Part shown: piece by piece, positions 28,886 to 40,032 of the stretch | How positions within the stretch are numbered: position 1 is the stretch's first letter | How the letters are laid out: each line of letters begins with the position of its first letter | Assembly: GCA_964511425.1 (NCBI GenBank) | Contig: CAZEFI010000007.1 | Coordinates: forward strand, 14,832 to 78,831 | Source of the DNA: an uncultured Pseudomonadales bacterium | Lineage (GTDB): Bacteria; Pseudomonadota; Gammaproteobacteria; Pseudomonadales; Azotimanducaceae | Reading direction: 5' to 3' | Length of the DNA: 64,000 nucleotides | Notes under the pieces: generated by a model | Told to the model about the DNA's origin: nothing | Databases searched by the model: none | Seen by the model: only the letters and a program-made list of their open reading frames with translations | Position numbers and translations under genes: made by a program

Positions 28886-30781
28886 TTAGCGATGAGCACC
28901 GCGAAGTCGCAACACTTCGCTCTTGAGTGCTTGCAAATCAACATCAAGTGCTTCGACAGGTGCCGAGATAGCAACACCTAATTTCGATCTTAACTGCAAG
29001 GAACCTTTCCATAGTCCGCCACCATGATGTGTAAATTTGGAACCCCACAATCCTTTCAAAGCAGCGGGTATTACCGGCACTGGTGTAGTCTCAAGAATCT
29101 TCATTACGCCACTCTTGAACTCTCCCACCTCTCCATTGGGAGTCAACTTACCTTCAGGAAAGATACACAACAAGTCCCCTTCTTGGAGACCTTGTTCAAT
29201 GTCGACAAAAGCCTGGTCATATGTGCCCGGATCTTTGGATTTTGGTGCAATAGGAATCGTTCGACACGCGCGGAATAAATAGTTCAAAAACGGAGTGTCA
29301 TACACATCTTTCGCCATAACAAAGCGAATTGGTCTCCGTACCGCACCAGCGAGTACTAAGGCATCTATGTAACTCACATGATTACAAACAATCAGTGCCC
29401 CACCCTTTTCAGGAACCAGATCTATCCCTTCATGATCAACGCGATATAAGGAATGTGAAAGCATCCAGACCACGAAACGCATGGTGAATTCGGGAACTTG
29501 TAAGAAAATGTAGACCGAAACGACTGCGTTGAATATCGACATAAAGAGGAACAGTGAAGGAATATTCCATCGGAACACCTTTAGCCAAATCAAAGACCAA
29601 AGTGCACCGCAGACGACCAACAGAGCGTTCATAACGTTATTGGCGGCTACGACCCGAGCTCTCCGATCCACAGGAGTACGTACCTGAATCAGTGTCTGAA
29701 GTGGCACTACATAAATTCCCATGAAGAAACCGATGCAAATCATCTCTACTATCACTCGATAAGAACTGGGTGTTTGCAAGAATTCCACTACAGTTCTTGG
29801 GGCCATTTCAGGAATAGAGTTCAACGCAAAGAATAGATCGATTCCGACAACGCTTATGAAAAAAGCACCGATAGGAACGAGTCCCATTTCTACGTGCCGG
29901 CGGGATAACTTTTCGCACGTGAGAGAACCTAATGCAATCGAAATCGTAATGATTGATAAGAGAAGCGTGAACACACTCTTCGTGCCGTGCAAATAGTCCT
30001 CGGTGAGGTTCGGGAACTGTGCTAAGTAAACGGCACCGAGACTCCAGAACCAAGCAACTCCAAGTATTGAACGCATGACCGAACGACGTTCGCCTGCGAT
30101 CTTCAATAATCGACGAGTTACTTTAATTGGATTCCAGCTGGGTTTACCGGTTAAATGGGAACGAGCTCGTGGAATATAAAACGAAGAGATTAATCCGACC
30201 ACTGCTACGCCAATGATCAATAAGGTCAACGCAATGGGCATAACATACGCGACATCTCTTTCTTGCTCGGTCCCAACTAATTGTGTCCCCATAATCGTAC
30301 CGAGTAGGATCGCAACGAAAGTACCCATCTCCACTACACCATTGCCTCCTACAATTTCCGTGTTATCCAGATGTTGTGGCAAGATCGAAAACTTCAAGGG
30401 ACCGAAAAACGCAGACTGGGTTCCAAGTAAAAACAAAACTCCAAGCATGAGCATTGGTTGCTTAGACCAAAACGTCAACGCAATGAGAAATGCAATGATT
30501 AGTTCACCAAACTTGACATAGCTAATCAAGCGAGACTTCTCGTAGTAATCAGCCAAGGTGCCAGCTGTCGCCGAAAACAGGAAGAATGGTAGGGACAACA
30601 ATCCCTGTGCAACAATCACGTAAATGTCTTCATGGTTTTCTGCTACGAGGACGGTAAACGTAAACAATGCTACGAGTCCGGCTTTATAGAGATTGTCGTT
30701 AAACGCACCGAGAAACTGCGTCACGAACAGCGGAAGAAACCGTCGTAACTTCAGGAGACCAAATTGAGAATTCGCAGACAA
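28886..30781 (-). CDS. Fusion protein: MFS transporter (LplT-like) plus lysophospholipid acyltransferase (PlsC-type)
   Basis: 631 aa. About 400 aa form a polytopic MFS-like part. The C-terminal domain carries the HX4D motif CNHVSYID and an FPEG motif. Confidence 0.75.
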   Translation of the reverse strand: MSANSQFGLLKLRRFLPLFVTQFLGAFNDNLYKAGLVALFTFTVLVAENHEDIYVIVAQGLLSLPFFLFSATAGTLADYYEKSRLISYVKFGELIIAFLIALTFWSKQPMLMLGVLFLLGTQSAFFGPLKFSILPQHLDNTEIVGGNGVVEMGTFVAILLGTIMGTQLVGTEQERDVAYVMPIALTLLIIGVAVVGLISSFYIPRARSHLTGKPSWNPIKVTRRLLKIAGERRSVMRSILGVAWFWSLGAVYLAQFPNLTEDYLHGTKSVFTLLLSIITISIALGSLTCEKLSRRHVEMGLVPIGAFFISVVGIDLFFALNSIPEMAPRTVVEFLQTPSSYRVIVEMICIGFFMGIYVVPLQTLIQVRTPVDRRARVVAANNVMNALLVVCGALWSLIWLKVFRWNIPSLFLFMSIFNAVVSVYIFLQVPEFTMRFVVWMLSHSLYRVDHEGIDLVPEKGGALIVCNHVSYIDALVLAGAVRRPIRFVMAKDVYDTPFLNYLFRACRTIPIAPKSKDPGTYDQAFVDIEQGLQEGDLLCIFPEGKLTPNGEVGEFKSGVMKILETTPVPVIPAALKGLWGSKFTHHGGGLWKGSLQLRSKLGVAISAPVEALDVDLQALKSEVLRLRGAHR

Positions 30782-31060
30782 CGAGATGGTCTTGCTAAGC
30801 TGAATAGGTCAAGTTATGTACTCCAACGGGCTCGTTGAATTTCGGTCGATGTTGCGCTAACAAGCGATACACCGTATAAACTGAAATTATAGTGCATGGA
30901 AAAATATAGATATATGTATATATGTATATTAGTGAAGGTTGCCATAAACTTCTTAGTTTGCGCTATAAAATGAGTGTTAGATACAATGAGTCAACGAAGG
31001 AAAAAACTGCGATTCTCGTAGTTAACAGTACGTGAAATGCTTTCTCAACGGAGAATATCA

Positions 31061-31750
31061 ATGAAGTCATGGATACAACTTTTCTGCCTAGCAGTTGTGG
31101 GTATGGTCCTGCTAGCTGGGACCGTATATGCACAAAGTAGTTCGGGTTCCCGGAGTAGCTGGCGGTGGCAGTCGCAGGAACCATCAATCACCGACATTCG
31201 TGACCGTTCAACGGAAATTTTTGAAGTACTGGATGCTAACGAAAACGGATCCATCTCCTTAGATGAAATCGATCTTGCAAATTTGACTGAGGAAGAAACC
31301 GCCGAACTTAGCAACGAAGAGTTGCGATTGCGTCGTCAAAGGTCTCAGTTAGCCTCAAGCATGTTCCTCCGTTGGAACGAGGATATGGATGCTTTTGCCC
31401 TAAGTGATATCAATGGCGATGGTTTTATGACGCGGGAAGAATATGAAAACCGCAGATCAGTCCTTCGAACGCATATGCTTGAAGAAGGAATTGCTCTCTA
31501 CGATAAGGACCGCAACGGGAGCGTTGAACTCTTAGAGTTCAATGCCAACCTAACCGACTTGGAAGAAGTCGACAAAGATGGTAGTGGAACTCTTTCGAGG
31601 TCGGAACTGTCCAAGATCGATAACCGTGAGCTGATGAGAAGCGTACGAATGAGCCAATCACGATCATGGGACTCGCGACGTTGGAATTGGGGTTCAAGTA
31701 GTCGTAGTTCACGTTCGACGCAATCAGTGAGACCTGATTCAAATCGATAA
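31061..31750 (+). CDS. Secreted four-EF-hand calcium-binding protein
   Basis: The start is ATG 31061 (MKSWIQLFCLAVVGMVLLAGTVYA, signal peptide; GGAG RBS). Four canonical loops are present: DANENGSISLDE, DINGDGFMTREE, DKDRNGSVELLE and DKDGSGTLSRSE. Confidence 0.8.
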   Translation: MKSWIQLFCLAVVGMVLLAGTVYAQSSSGSRSSWRWQSQEPSITDIRDRSTEIFEVLDANENGSISLDEIDLANLTEEETAELSNEELRLRRQRSQLASSMFLRWNEDMDAFALSDINGDGFMTREEYENRRSVLRTHMLEEGIALYDKDRNGSVELLEFNANLTDLEEVDKDGSGTLSRSELSKIDNRELMRSVRMSQSRSWDSRRWNWGSSSRSSRSTQSVRPDSNR

Positions 31751-31836
31751 CTAGTGTTGCTTAGTGTCCTGTATCGTGATCGTAACCATTGGGGCGAACT
31801 TGTTCGTTGAAAGACAAAGAACCGGATTCCACGTTG

Positions 31837-32340
31837 ATGTATCGCGTACAACAAGGAGATGAACTCGCGTTTAGACAGCTCATGAATCGGCACCTACACG
31901 GATTACATGCCTACGCTTACCGCATGTGTCACAGTATCGAAATAGCGGAAGAAATCACGCAGGAAGCGTTTTTGAGAGTCTGGACTCGAGCTCAAACTTG
32001 GAAACCGAACAAAGTACAGTTCTCCACATGGCTGTACCAAATTACTCGCAATCTGTGTATTGATCTTTTTCGCCGACAGAAAGCACAATTCGTCGAAGAT
32101 GTTGACTTGTCTCAAATTCCCGATACTTCCGCGCGTCGAGATGAAACTCTAGCTATTGCTATACAACAGGCAGTACAACAGCTACCCGAGCGACAACGGA
32201 CAGCATTTTTACTTTGCCAAGTACAAGGATGGTCTCAAATCGAAGCCGCTGAACTTTTGGAAACTTCGCCTGACGCAGTAGAGTCGCTACTCTCAAGGGC
32301 ACGTAAGACTCTTCGTGTGAAACTTGCGGATCGATCTTAA
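31837..32340 (+). CDS. ECF-type RNA polymerase sigma-70 family factor
   Basis: It has region 2 (EEITQEAFLRVW...FSTWLYQITRN) and region 4 (LPERQRTAFLLCQVQGWSQIEAAELL). I prefer the ATG at 31837 over the track start 31789. Confidence 0.85.
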   Translation: MYRVQQGDELAFRQLMNRHLHGLHAYAYRMCHSIEIAEEITQEAFLRVWTRAQTWKPNKVQFSTWLYQITRNLCIDLFRRQKAQFVEDVDLSQIPDTSARRDETLAIAIQQAVQQLPERQRTAFLLCQVQGWSQIEAAELLETSPDAVESLLSRARKTLRVKLADRS

Positions 32341-32357
32341 GAGAAACAGGATAAAAA

Positions 32358-32777
32358 ATGGAACTAACGAAATTTGAAGAATCAATAGACCGTCTGGGTC
32401 CTAATCTCGACACTTGGGAAAACGAGAGCGATCGCCAACAGGCTCAAGCTTTGCTTCAGTCTTCCGAAACCGCGCGAAAATTACTACGGGAGGCACAAAT
32501 AGTCGATGAATTACTACCGCAAGCGTTATATGTACCAACACCGCAAGGACTAGAACGACGAATCATGGATGTCGTTGTCGCGTCAAAACCTCTTCATCGA
32601 ACCTGGCTACGAATTTGTACCAATTGGATTCTCAAACCAGCATTAGCCGTTGTACCGTTAGCATTGGGATTTTTCATTGGATTTTCGCAAGCGCAACACT
32701 CCACGAATATTGAGGACGAAATCACTACGGTTCACTTTGAAGACTATACGAACATCTTATTCTTAGCTAATGACTAA
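32358..32777 (+). CDS. Putative membrane-anchored anti-sigma factor
   Basis: 139 aa with a single TM helix near the C-terminus, immediately downstream of the ECF sigma gene. This is a positional inference. Confidence 0.45.
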   Translation: MELTKFEESIDRLGPNLDTWENESDRQQAQALLQSSETARKLLREAQIVDELLPQALYVPTPQGLERRIMDVVVASKPLHRTWLRICTNWILKPALAVVPLALGFFIGFSQAQHSTNIEDEITTVHFEDYTNILFLAND

Positions 32778-33321
32778 AGATCGACGTATCGTCGTTGCGT
32801 TTTTTGTGTCGGTGGTCGTAAACTTAGCCCTAGTTTCATATATTGTTGGTAACCATCTAGCCTCGCATCGATCCGATACGATGGCAGATCCTAGCTTTGC
32901 GATGTCGGCGATCACCCGATCACTATCTGAAGAACGCATCGAAGAGTTGATGCCAGACTATCTTGGACAGCTTCGAGAAGACGTTCGACCACATTACCGA
33001 AAACTTCGTGACGCACAGACTCAAATATATCTTGAGTTGACTGCGAAAGAATTAAACCGGGAGCAACTCGAACTCTCGATCGACAACTACTGGTTGATTC
33101 GCCATAGTGCCCAAAGCGTCGCAGATGCAGTATTTGTCGAAATGTACGTACAACTCAGCGAGGAAGAGCGAAGAGAAGTAACGAGTGCACTTCGGGGTGC
33201 ACGTGCTCGATACGACGAATGGCGACGGTCTCGGATGCGGCGCACACAGGAAGAGGTTGACGAGAACAATCAACTTCGTGGCGAACCCGATGCACCGCTA
33301 AAACCATCTGAAGAACCATAA
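32770..33321 (+). CDS. Membrane-anchored periplasmic helical protein (Spy/CpxP-like heavy-metal-sensor type)
   Basis: 183 aa with an N-terminal anchor and then charged helical repeats. It overlaps the anti-sigma gene by 8 nt. The family assignment is tentative. Confidence 0.4.
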   Translation: MTKDRRIVVAFFVSVVVNLALVSYIVGNHLASHRSDTMADPSFAMSAITRSLSEERIEELMPDYLGQLREDVRPHYRKLRDAQTQIYLELTAKELNREQLELSIDNYWLIRHSAQSVADAVFVEMYVQLSEEERREVTSALRGARARYDEWRRSRMRRTQEEVDENNQLRGEPDAPLKPSEEP

Positions 33322-33335
33322 GCTTTGAGCGATCT

Positions 33336-33917
33336 ATGGTCGCTTTAGATCATTTCATTGAGAAGACTCTCGAGCAGTACCCCAAACTTTGGAACGAATA
33401 CGACTCTAAATGGAGATCTCCCTGTGAGATTGGTGCTCCTGTAGAGCTAGCACAGGTCACTGCGATCGAATGGCGACCACAATTGAGACAAAACGCGGAT
33501 GACTTTTCCGGCTTAGAAAACGCCTTCGAAACAGAAATTCATCCATCGATTAAAGAGTACTACGGTTCGTACTGGTCAGGTGGTCTCGAGGCAACCTGCA
33601 ACGAAGGGCACGTTAGTCTCATGTTTCTGTGGAATGACGAGGATCGCGACCGCTTGCGAGACAACATTATTGGGCACGCGCTCGCACAAAAAAGGAGTCG
33701 TTCGCCTTTAAGTATCTTTTTTGCGTGTACGGATCCAGCGTCAGCTTATTTCTTAGCAGTAAATAACGCTACTGGTGCTGTCCAGCTTGAATTGCCGGGC
33801 CGAAAACCAATCCGAACGGTGGAATCTAGTTTGTACGAGTTTCTTGACCGATTAACTCCTGCACCTCCGTACTTACATCCCGATCGCGTGATTTTGAAAC
33901 AGTTGTATTTGAAGTAA
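33336..33917 (+). CDS. syd: SecY-interacting protein Syd
   Basis: 193 aa. DRLRDNIIGHALAQKRSRSPLSIFFACTD aligns with E. coli Syd [30 protein letters not shown], recalled from memory. Confidence 0.7.
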   Translation: MVALDHFIEKTLEQYPKLWNEYDSKWRSPCEIGAPVELAQVTAIEWRPQLRQNADDFSGLENAFETEIHPSIKEYYGSYWSGGLEATCNEGHVSLMFLWNDEDRDRLRDNIIGHALAQKRSRSPLSIFFACTDPASAYFLAVNNATGAVQLELPGRKPIRTVESSLYEFLDRLTPAPPYLHPDRVILKQLYLK

Positions 33918-33990
33918 CGTACACGCTCAGCGGTCAAACTGAGACTCTAACGAAGAAACTAGCGTAGGACTTGATCATACATGAGTGTAT

Positions 33991-34524
33991 TCATAAGCCT
34001 GTTCTATGAATTGATGTCGACTTATTATTACTTGTCTTTCCTTCGGACGATTTTGTTTCCAAATCGAGTAAATATTTTTTTGTATCAAGTCCTCCACCAA
34101 ATCCCGTGAGTTTTCCATCACTCCCAATCACCCGGTGACATGGTATGATAATCGCGATTGGATTACGATGATTAGCTTGGCCCACCGCCCGAAAGGCTTT
34201 TTTCCGACCGATACTATACGCGATGTCTCGATAAGACCGTGTCTCTCCATACGGAATTCGTTGCAGTTCCCTCCACACCTGCGCACTAAAAGAAGTATCC
34301 GGTACTCCGAAATCAAGTTCAATATCAAATTCTCGTCGCTGACCATGGAAGTACTCGACTAGTTGTTCCTTAATGTCTACGAAATAGTCTGTCCGACGAA
34401 TCCACGATGGATCGATAAAGAGCTTTGTGTTTCGACGTTTGAGAAAAGAAAGTTGTTTGAGTTTTGAATCTTCGCCTTGAAGCAATAAAGGTCCAACGGG
34501 ACTACTCAATATTTCGTAATTCAT
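33991..34524 (-). CDS. ogt: Methylated-DNA--protein-cysteine methyltransferase
   Basis: 177 aa with the active-site IPCHRV and GGGLDTKKYLL. Confidence 0.85.
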   Translation of the reverse strand: MNYEILSSPVGPLLLQGEDSKLKQLSFLKRRNTKLFIDPSWIRRTDYFVDIKEQLVEYFHGQRREFDIELDFGVPDTSFSAQVWRELQRIPYGETRSYRDIAYSIGRKKAFRAVGQANHRNPIAIIIPCHRVIGSDGKLTGFGGGLDTKKYLLDLETKSSEGKTSNNKSTSIHRTGL

Positions 34525-34645
34525 TGACGGGGCCTGGAGCGAAGTTCAAATTCTAAACAACCACTTAGGTAAATCTCATCTCTGCGATTGAAAAGTACTC
34601 AAACACTTGCTAAACTTAACAGTTTAATCTTTTGAAGTTCAAACA

Positions 34646-37501
34646 TTGACCCGACCAAGTTCTCATATTTCTATTCGTGGTGCGCGCACACACAATTTAA
34701 AGAACGTCGACCTTGATATCCCTAGGGATAAACTCACAGTAATTACCGGTCTGTCTGGTTCAGGGAAATCCTCCTTAGCTTTTGACACTTTATACGCGGA
34801 AGGACAGCGCAGATATGTCGAATCTCTATCGGCATACGCTCGGCAGTTTCTTTCCATGATGGACAAACCTGACGTAGACCACATAGAAGGGCTCTCACCA
34901 GCGATTTCGATCGAACAAAAATCGACATCTCACAATCCCCGGTCGACAGTCGGGACCATCACAGAAATCTATGATTATCTACGGCTTTTGTTTGCGCGTG
35001 CCGGAGAACCGAGATGTCCTGAACACCACTTGCCGTTGACAGCTCAATCCGTTAGCGAAATGGTCGACGCCGTCATGAACCTTCCTACGGAGACTCGCAT
35101 CATGGTGCTAGCACCAATAGTGTCGCAACGTAAGGGGGAACACGTCCATGTGTTTTCTGATTTAGTCGCCAATGGATTTGTCCGTGCAAGAGTCAACGGA
35201 TTGGTCACCACGCTAGAACACCCACCTAATCTTGACCGATATAAGAAACACTCGATCGAAGTGGTAGTCGATCGCTTAGTCGTACGCGAGGGCATTGAGC
35301 AGCGGTTGGCTGAGTCCTTTGAAACAACGCTCAAACTTGCTGATGAAGTAGCTATCGTAGCACCTATTGACGATACTTGGGAGGAACAAACTTTTTCTTC
35401 AAAGTTTGGCTGTTCTCTATGCTCATACAGCATTAGTGAACTCGAACCGAGGATGTTTTCCTTCAATAGCCCAGCTGGAGCATGTGCCGCATGTGATGGC
35501 TTAGGAACGGAAGTTGAATTTGACCCGAATCTTGTCGTCGCGGACCCACGCTTAAAGCTAGCAGAAGGTGCAATCTTTGGTTGGGATAGGTCAACTTCAT
35601 GGCAATGGGCAATAGTTGAAGCACTTGCCCGTCAATTGAATTGCGAAATTGACCGACCCTACAAACGACTCCCAAAAAAGTTTAAGGAAGCGTTATTTTT
35701 TGGGGTATCGGAACCGCTACCGGTGCAATTTCATGGTAAGACTCGTAAAAGAACGCACAGAATTCGATTTCGTGGCATCATCGGCACCATGCAACGTCGA
35801 TATCAGAACACCACATCTCAAGATGTTCGTGAGAAGCTACAACCCTTTATGAGCGTAACACATTGTTCTGGGTGTTTGGGAAGTCGATTACGTAAAGAAT
35901 CACGGCACGTATTTGTCAACGACGCTTCCATTGCAGACATCACCGCGCTTTCTATCGAGCGAGCCCTGGCATTCATTGCAGAACTAGCGTTAGTTGGGCA
36001 ACGAGCGGTAATCGCGGAAAAAGTTTTAAAGGAAATTCAAGCGCGACTGCAATTCCTCGTTAACGTTGGATTGAACTATCTGACTCTAGATCGCGCCGCG
36101 AGCACCTTGTCCGGCGGCGAAGCTCAACGCATCAGATTAGCGAGCCAAATCGGTGCCGGGCTTGTTGGAGTGATGTATATCCTTGATGAACCTTCAATCG
36201 GACTGCACCAACGGGACAACGCTCGGCTACTGTCAACCTTGACGCACCTCCGGGATATTGGCAACACCGTAATTGTGGTAGAACACGACGAAGAAGCAAT
36301 ACGTACCGCGGATCACATTGTCGACATCGGACCGCATGCTGGTGTACATGGCGGTGAGATTGTTGTCCAGGGACCGTTATCGAAGGTTTTGCACGAACGC
36401 AAATCTCTAACAGGACAGTTCTTAAATGGAATACAATCAATCGAAGTTCCACCTAACCGTGCAACGTACTCTAAGCAAGCCACAATCACTATCAAAGGTG
36501 CTCGCGGGAACAACCTAAAAAGTGTCTCCGTCGAATTTCCAATAAGCTTGCTAACTTGCGTGACAGGTGTTTCAGGTTCCGGAAAATCAACATTGGTGAA
36601 CCACACACTCTACCCTGTAGCCGCACGCCTGCTCAACCGTACGACAAGTGTTAGTGCATTGCCATACGATGAGATTCGAGGGTTGTCGAACTTAGAGAAA
36701 GTAGTGAATATTGACCAAAGTCCCATTGGTCGTACTCCGCGCTCCAATCCAGCTACCTACACTGGGCTCTTTACACCTATCCGAGAATTGTTCACCAAGA
36801 CAAACGAGGCTCGCATTCGTGGCTACAAACCGGGCCGATTCAGTTTTAATGTAAAAGGAGGTCGTTGCGAAGCTTGTCGTGGGGATGGCTTGATTAAAGT
36901 CGAAATGCACTTTTTGGCAGATGTCTATGTAACCTGCGAGACCTGTGGCGGTAAACGCTACAACCGTGAAACTCTTGAAATCAAATACAAGGGTAAAAAC
37001 ATACACGAAGTGCTTGACATGACGGTGGAAGAAGCTCATGAGTTTTTTGCGGCGATCCCGGCGATTAATCAAAAACTTCAGACGTTACTAGATGTCGGAC
37101 TCTCATACATGCGACTGGGACAAAGCGCGACCACTCTCTCAGGTGGCGAAGCTCAACGAATCAAACTTTCCCGAGAATTATCGAAAAGAGATCGAGGCAG
37201 AAATCTCTATATTCTTGATGAACCTACCACGGGATTGCACTTCCACGACATTAGATTGCTGTTGAGCGTACTGACTAGGCTTAGAGACCACGGTAATACT
37301 GTCGTAGTAATTGAACACAACATGGATGTAATCAAAACTGCGGATTGGATCATCGATCTTGGCCCCGAGGGTGGCGCACAAGGCGGCGAAGTCATTGCCA
37401 CAGGTACGCCCGAAGAAATCGCCGGATGTACCGAATCGCACACGAGTACCTTCCTCAAGCAAGCTCTAATCGGTGCTAGGACGATGGCTAAAACCGCCTA
37501 G
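34646..37501 (+). CDS. uvrA: Excinuclease ABC subunit A
   Basis: 951 aa with a TTG start. It has [11 protein letters not shown], two ABC modules ([18 protein letters not shown]), LSGGEAQR twice and zinc-finger cysteines. Confidence 0.95.
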   Translation: MTRPSSHISIRGARTHNLKNVDLDIPRDKLTVITGLSGSGKSSLAFDTLYAEGQRRYVESLSAYARQFLSMMDKPDVDHIEGLSPAISIEQKSTSHNPRSTVGTITEIYDYLRLLFARAGEPRCPEHHLPLTAQSVSEMVDAVMNLPTETRIMVLAPIVSQRKGEHVHVFSDLVANGFVRARVNGLVTTLEHPPNLDRYKKHSIEVVVDRLVVREGIEQRLAESFETTLKLADEVAIVAPIDDTWEEQTFSSKFGCSLCSYSISELEPRMFSFNSPAGACAACDGLGTEVEFDPNLVVADPRLKLAEGAIFGWDRSTSWQWAIVEALARQLNCEIDRPYKRLPKKFKEALFFGVSEPLPVQFHGKTRKRTHRIRFRGIIGTMQRRYQNTTSQDVREKLQPFMSVTHCSGCLGSRLRKESRHVFVNDASIADITALSIERALAFIAELALVGQRAVIAEKVLKEIQARLQFLVNVGLNYLTLDRAASTLSGGEAQRIRLASQIGAGLVGVMYILDEPSIGLHQRDNARLLSTLTHLRDIGNTVIVVEHDEEAIRTADHIVDIGPHAGVHGGEIVVQGPLSKVLHERKSLTGQFLNGIQSIEVPPNRATYSKQATITIKGARGNNLKSVSVEFPISLLTCVTGVSGSGKSTLVNHTLYPVAARLLNRTTSVSALPYDEIRGLSNLEKVVNIDQSPIGRTPRSNPATYTGLFTPIRELFTKTNEARIRGYKPGRFSFNVKGGRCEACRGDGLIKVEMHFLADVYVTCETCGGKRYNRETLEIKYKGKNIHEVLDMTVEEAHEFFAAIPAINQKLQTLLDVGLSYMRLGQSATTLSGGEAQRIKLSRELSKRDRGRNLYILDEPTTGLHFHDIRLLLSVLTRLRDHGNTVVVIEHNMDVIKTADWIIDLGPEGGAQGGEVIATGTPEEIAGCTESHTSTFLKQALIGARTMAKTA

Positions 37502-37522
37502 TATCTTTTACTGCGGCGGTGG

Positions 37523-37906
37523 CTAGTCTTCTTCGGTCAGATCTTCTTGAGGCCGATCTACAAATTCGATAAAACATATCGGGGCGGAATCGCCTTGGCG
37601 ATATCCCGCCTTTGCGATGCGGGTAAAACCACCTGGTCGCTCTCGAAAACGTGGTCCAAGTTCCGTGAACAGTTTCCCTACGGCGGCTTTGCTCCGTAAC
37701 CGAGCAAATACCAATCTTCGGTTTGCAACAGTATCTTCGCGTGCCCGAGTAACGAGTGGTTCAATATATCGCCGCAACTCCTTAGCTTTCGGAACCGTAG
37801 TTTGAATCTGTTCATGCTCGATGAGTGATACGCACATGTTTGCAAACATTCGTTTGCGATGTGAAGCTGTTCGATTGAGGTGTCTACCAGTCTTTAAATG
37901 TCGCAT
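37523..37906 (-). CDS. rplQ: 50S ribosomal protein L17
   Basis: [22 protein letters not shown]-terminus. Last gene of the alpha operon. Confidence 0.95.
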   Translation of the reverse strand: MRHLKTGRHLNRTASHRKRMFANMCVSLIEHEQIQTTVPKAKELRRYIEPLVTRAREDTVANRRLVFARLRSKAAVGKLFTELGPRFRERPGGFTRIAKAGYRQGDSAPICFIEFVDRPQEDLTEED

Positions 37907-37960
37907 AATCGATTCTACTTCCAGATCTGTCTAACGTGTGGGTTATGAAATACGGCTGTA

Positions 37961-38932
37961 TTACGACGGTTGTTTCCAACCTGGAATCGTCATTCCCAAA
38001 GCGAGACCACGAGAAGCTAACTCCTCTTTAATCTCGGTGAGCGACTTCCTACCCAAATTTGGAGTACGAAAGAGGGTTTCTTCGGTCTGTTGTACTAACT
38101 CGCCAATCGTTGCTACATTCTCTCCCTTCAAACAATTGATTGATCGAGTCTTTAAATTTAATGCGTCTATAGACTCATAGAGAAACGGATCAATATTCGT
38201 TGCTTCCTGGGCTTGGAAAACTTCTTTCAGTAAATCAGGATCGACGAAAGGTGCTAGTTGTTGGGTTAATATCGTCGCCGCATGCCGCACTGCTTCTTCT
38301 GGTCCAATCGTACCATTCGAGTCCAGCATCAAGATCAATTTATCCATGTCGGTGCGTTGTTCTACGCGGGTTTTCTCCACCTTGTAGTCAACGCTCCGCA
38401 TGGGGCTAAAGGACGCATCTAAGCGCAAGCGACCAATCACCTTATCTTCTTCACTAATTGTGAGTTGATCTGCAGGTTCATAACCGCGACCGCGTGCCAC
38501 AACCGCATCAATTCGAATTGAACCGTGTTCGTTTAGCGTGCACAAATGATGTTCTGGATTTGCAACTTGAATGTCATCTCCATGAATGAAATCGCCGGCA
38601 GATACCTCACCTGGACCAGTAGCCGACAAGCGCATCGAACTCTCATCGCGCCCGTTTAGGCGGACTGCAACTCCTTTGAGATTGAGACAGATGCTCAACA
38701 TATCTTCACGGACTCCCGAGAGAGTGGAGTATTCGTGCAACACATTGTCGACGGTGACTTCAGTAATCGCCGCACCAGGCATGGATGACAAGAGGATACG
38801 TCTGAGCGCATTTCCAATCGTGTGTCCGTACCCTCGCTCCAACGGCGTGAGCACAACACGAGCCCGAGTTGGGCTGAGAGTTTCAATTTCTAGATCACTT
38901 GCTAGCAACAGGTCCGTACCCATTATTTTCAT
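37961..38932 (-). CDS. rpoA: DNA-directed RNA polymerase subunit alpha
   Basis: 323 aa with PLERGYGHTIGNALRRILLSSMPG. Confidence 0.95.
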   Translation of the reverse strand: MKIMGTDLLLASDLEIETLSPTRARVVLTPLERGYGHTIGNALRRILLSSMPGAAITEVTVDNVLHEYSTLSGVREDMLSICLNLKGVAVRLNGRDESSMRLSATGPGEVSAGDFIHGDDIQVANPEHHLCTLNEHGSIRIDAVVARGRGYEPADQLTISEEDKVIGRLRLDASFSPMRSVDYKVEKTRVEQRTDMDKLILMLDSNGTIGPEEAVRHAATILTQQLAPFVDPDLLKEVFQAQEATNIDPFLYESIDALNLKTRSINCLKGENVATIGELVQQTEETLFRTPNLGRKSLTEIKEELASRGLALGMTIPGWKQPS

Positions 38933-38973
38933 AGGTTAGATATTCCTCCGAGTATTAAGCGTAGACTGTGAAA

Positions 38974-39606
38974 TTACTTGGAATACAGTTCTACGATGAG
39001 ATTTTCTTGAATCTCGCGTGGTAATTCTTCTCGATCAGGCAATCGTTTAAACACGCTGCTCCGGTTCTCAGCATCGACTTCAATCCATTCAACGTAACCG
39101 CGTAAGTTCGCAAGCTCCGTCGCCATACCTATTCGATGCTGTTGCCTTTGTTTCTGAGCGATTGAAACCTCATCGCCCGGCTGAACTTGATACGACGGTA
39201 TGTTCACAACTGCGCCATTCACCCTGACTGCTTTATGGGTTACCAATTGCCGTGCTTCAGCACGCGTGGACCCAAAACCTGACCGGTATACGACATTGTC
39301 CAGCCGTGATTCCAACATGAGTAGTAAGTTCACTCCAGTTGCGCCCGACTGCTGATCTGCTTTTTTATAGTAATTACGAAACTGTTTTTCAAGGACCCCA
39401 TACAGACGACGTACCTTCTGTTTTTCCCGTAGTTGAATCCCGTAATCGGACATTCGACCACCACCTGCCGCGCGACGAGCACCATGCTCACCGGGAATCT
39501 TGTTCTCTTTACACTTCTCGTCCATAGGACGAACACCGCTTTTGAGGTATAAGTCAGTTCCTTCGCGCCGCGAGAGTTTTAGTTTTGGTCCGGTGTATCG
39601 TGCCAT
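38974..39606 (-). CDS. rpsD: 30S ribosomal protein S4
   Basis: The start is the internal ATG 39606 ([16 protein letters not shown]). The track ORF extends to 39705 and would overlap rpsK. Confidence 0.93.
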   Translation of the reverse strand: MARYTGPKLKLSRREGTDLYLKSGVRPMDEKCKENKIPGEHGARRAAGGGRMSDYGIQLREKQKVRRLYGVLEKQFRNYYKKADQQSGATGVNLLLMLESRLDNVVYRSGFGSTRAEARQLVTHKAVRVNGAVVNIPSYQVQPGDEVSIAQKQRQQHRIGMATELANLRGYVEWIEVDAENRSSVFKRLPDREELPREIQENLIVELYSK

Positions 39607-39616
39607 GGTAAATTCC

Positions 39617-40030
39617 TTACGGTCTCCGCTTCTTCGGTGGACGGCACCCATTGTGTGGAATGGGCGTGACGTCGGTGATGCTGTTAATCCGTAATCCACC
39701 AGCATTCATTGCTCGTATTGACGATTCTCGGCCTGGGCCAGGACCTTTGACGTACACATCAACACTTTTCAACCCATGATTTTCGACCATATTGGTGGTT
39801 ACGCTTTCCGCAGCGGTTTGCGCAGCAAATGCCGTACTCTTACGAGTACCTTTAAACCCAGCGGCTCCCGCACTCGACCAGCCTATAGTTCGGCCTTGTC
39901 GATCTGTAAATGTAATGATGGTATTGTTGTATGATGAATGAATATGTGCGAGACCGTCCGTAACGATGCGTTTGCCGCGTCTTCGCGCAGCTGCGCTCTC
40001 GCGCGAACCTCGTTTCCCTTTTTCAGCCAT
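39617..40030 (-). CDS. rpsK: 30S ribosomal protein S11
   Basis: [18 protein letters not shown] ... [17 protein letters not shown]. Confidence 0.95.
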   Translation of the reverse strand: MAEKGKRGSRESAAARRRGKRIVTDGLAHIHSSYNNTIITFTDRQGRTIGWSSAGAAGFKGTRKSTAFAAQTAAESVTTNMVENHGLKSVDVYVKGPGPGRESSIRAMNAGGLRINSITDVTPIPHNGCRPPKKRRP

Positions 40031-40032
40031 AT

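Noticed and set aside
30903-30930. TA-rich tract with tandem TATATGTA TATATGTA in the divergent intergenic region, considered as a microsatellite or CRISPR-like repeat
   Set aside because: There are only two 8-nt units, with no spacers and no array. It is most simply AT-rich promoter or curved DNA between divergent genes.
31498-31893. 131-aa minus-strand ORF bridging the EF-hand gene and the sigma-factor gene
   Set aside because: It is antisense to two well-supported plus-strand genes and has no motifs.
34525-34645. Search for a LexA/SOS box (CTGT-N8-ACAG) upstream of uvrA and ogt
   Set aside because: No match is present in the 121-nt divergent intergenic region, so no SOS operator is claimed.
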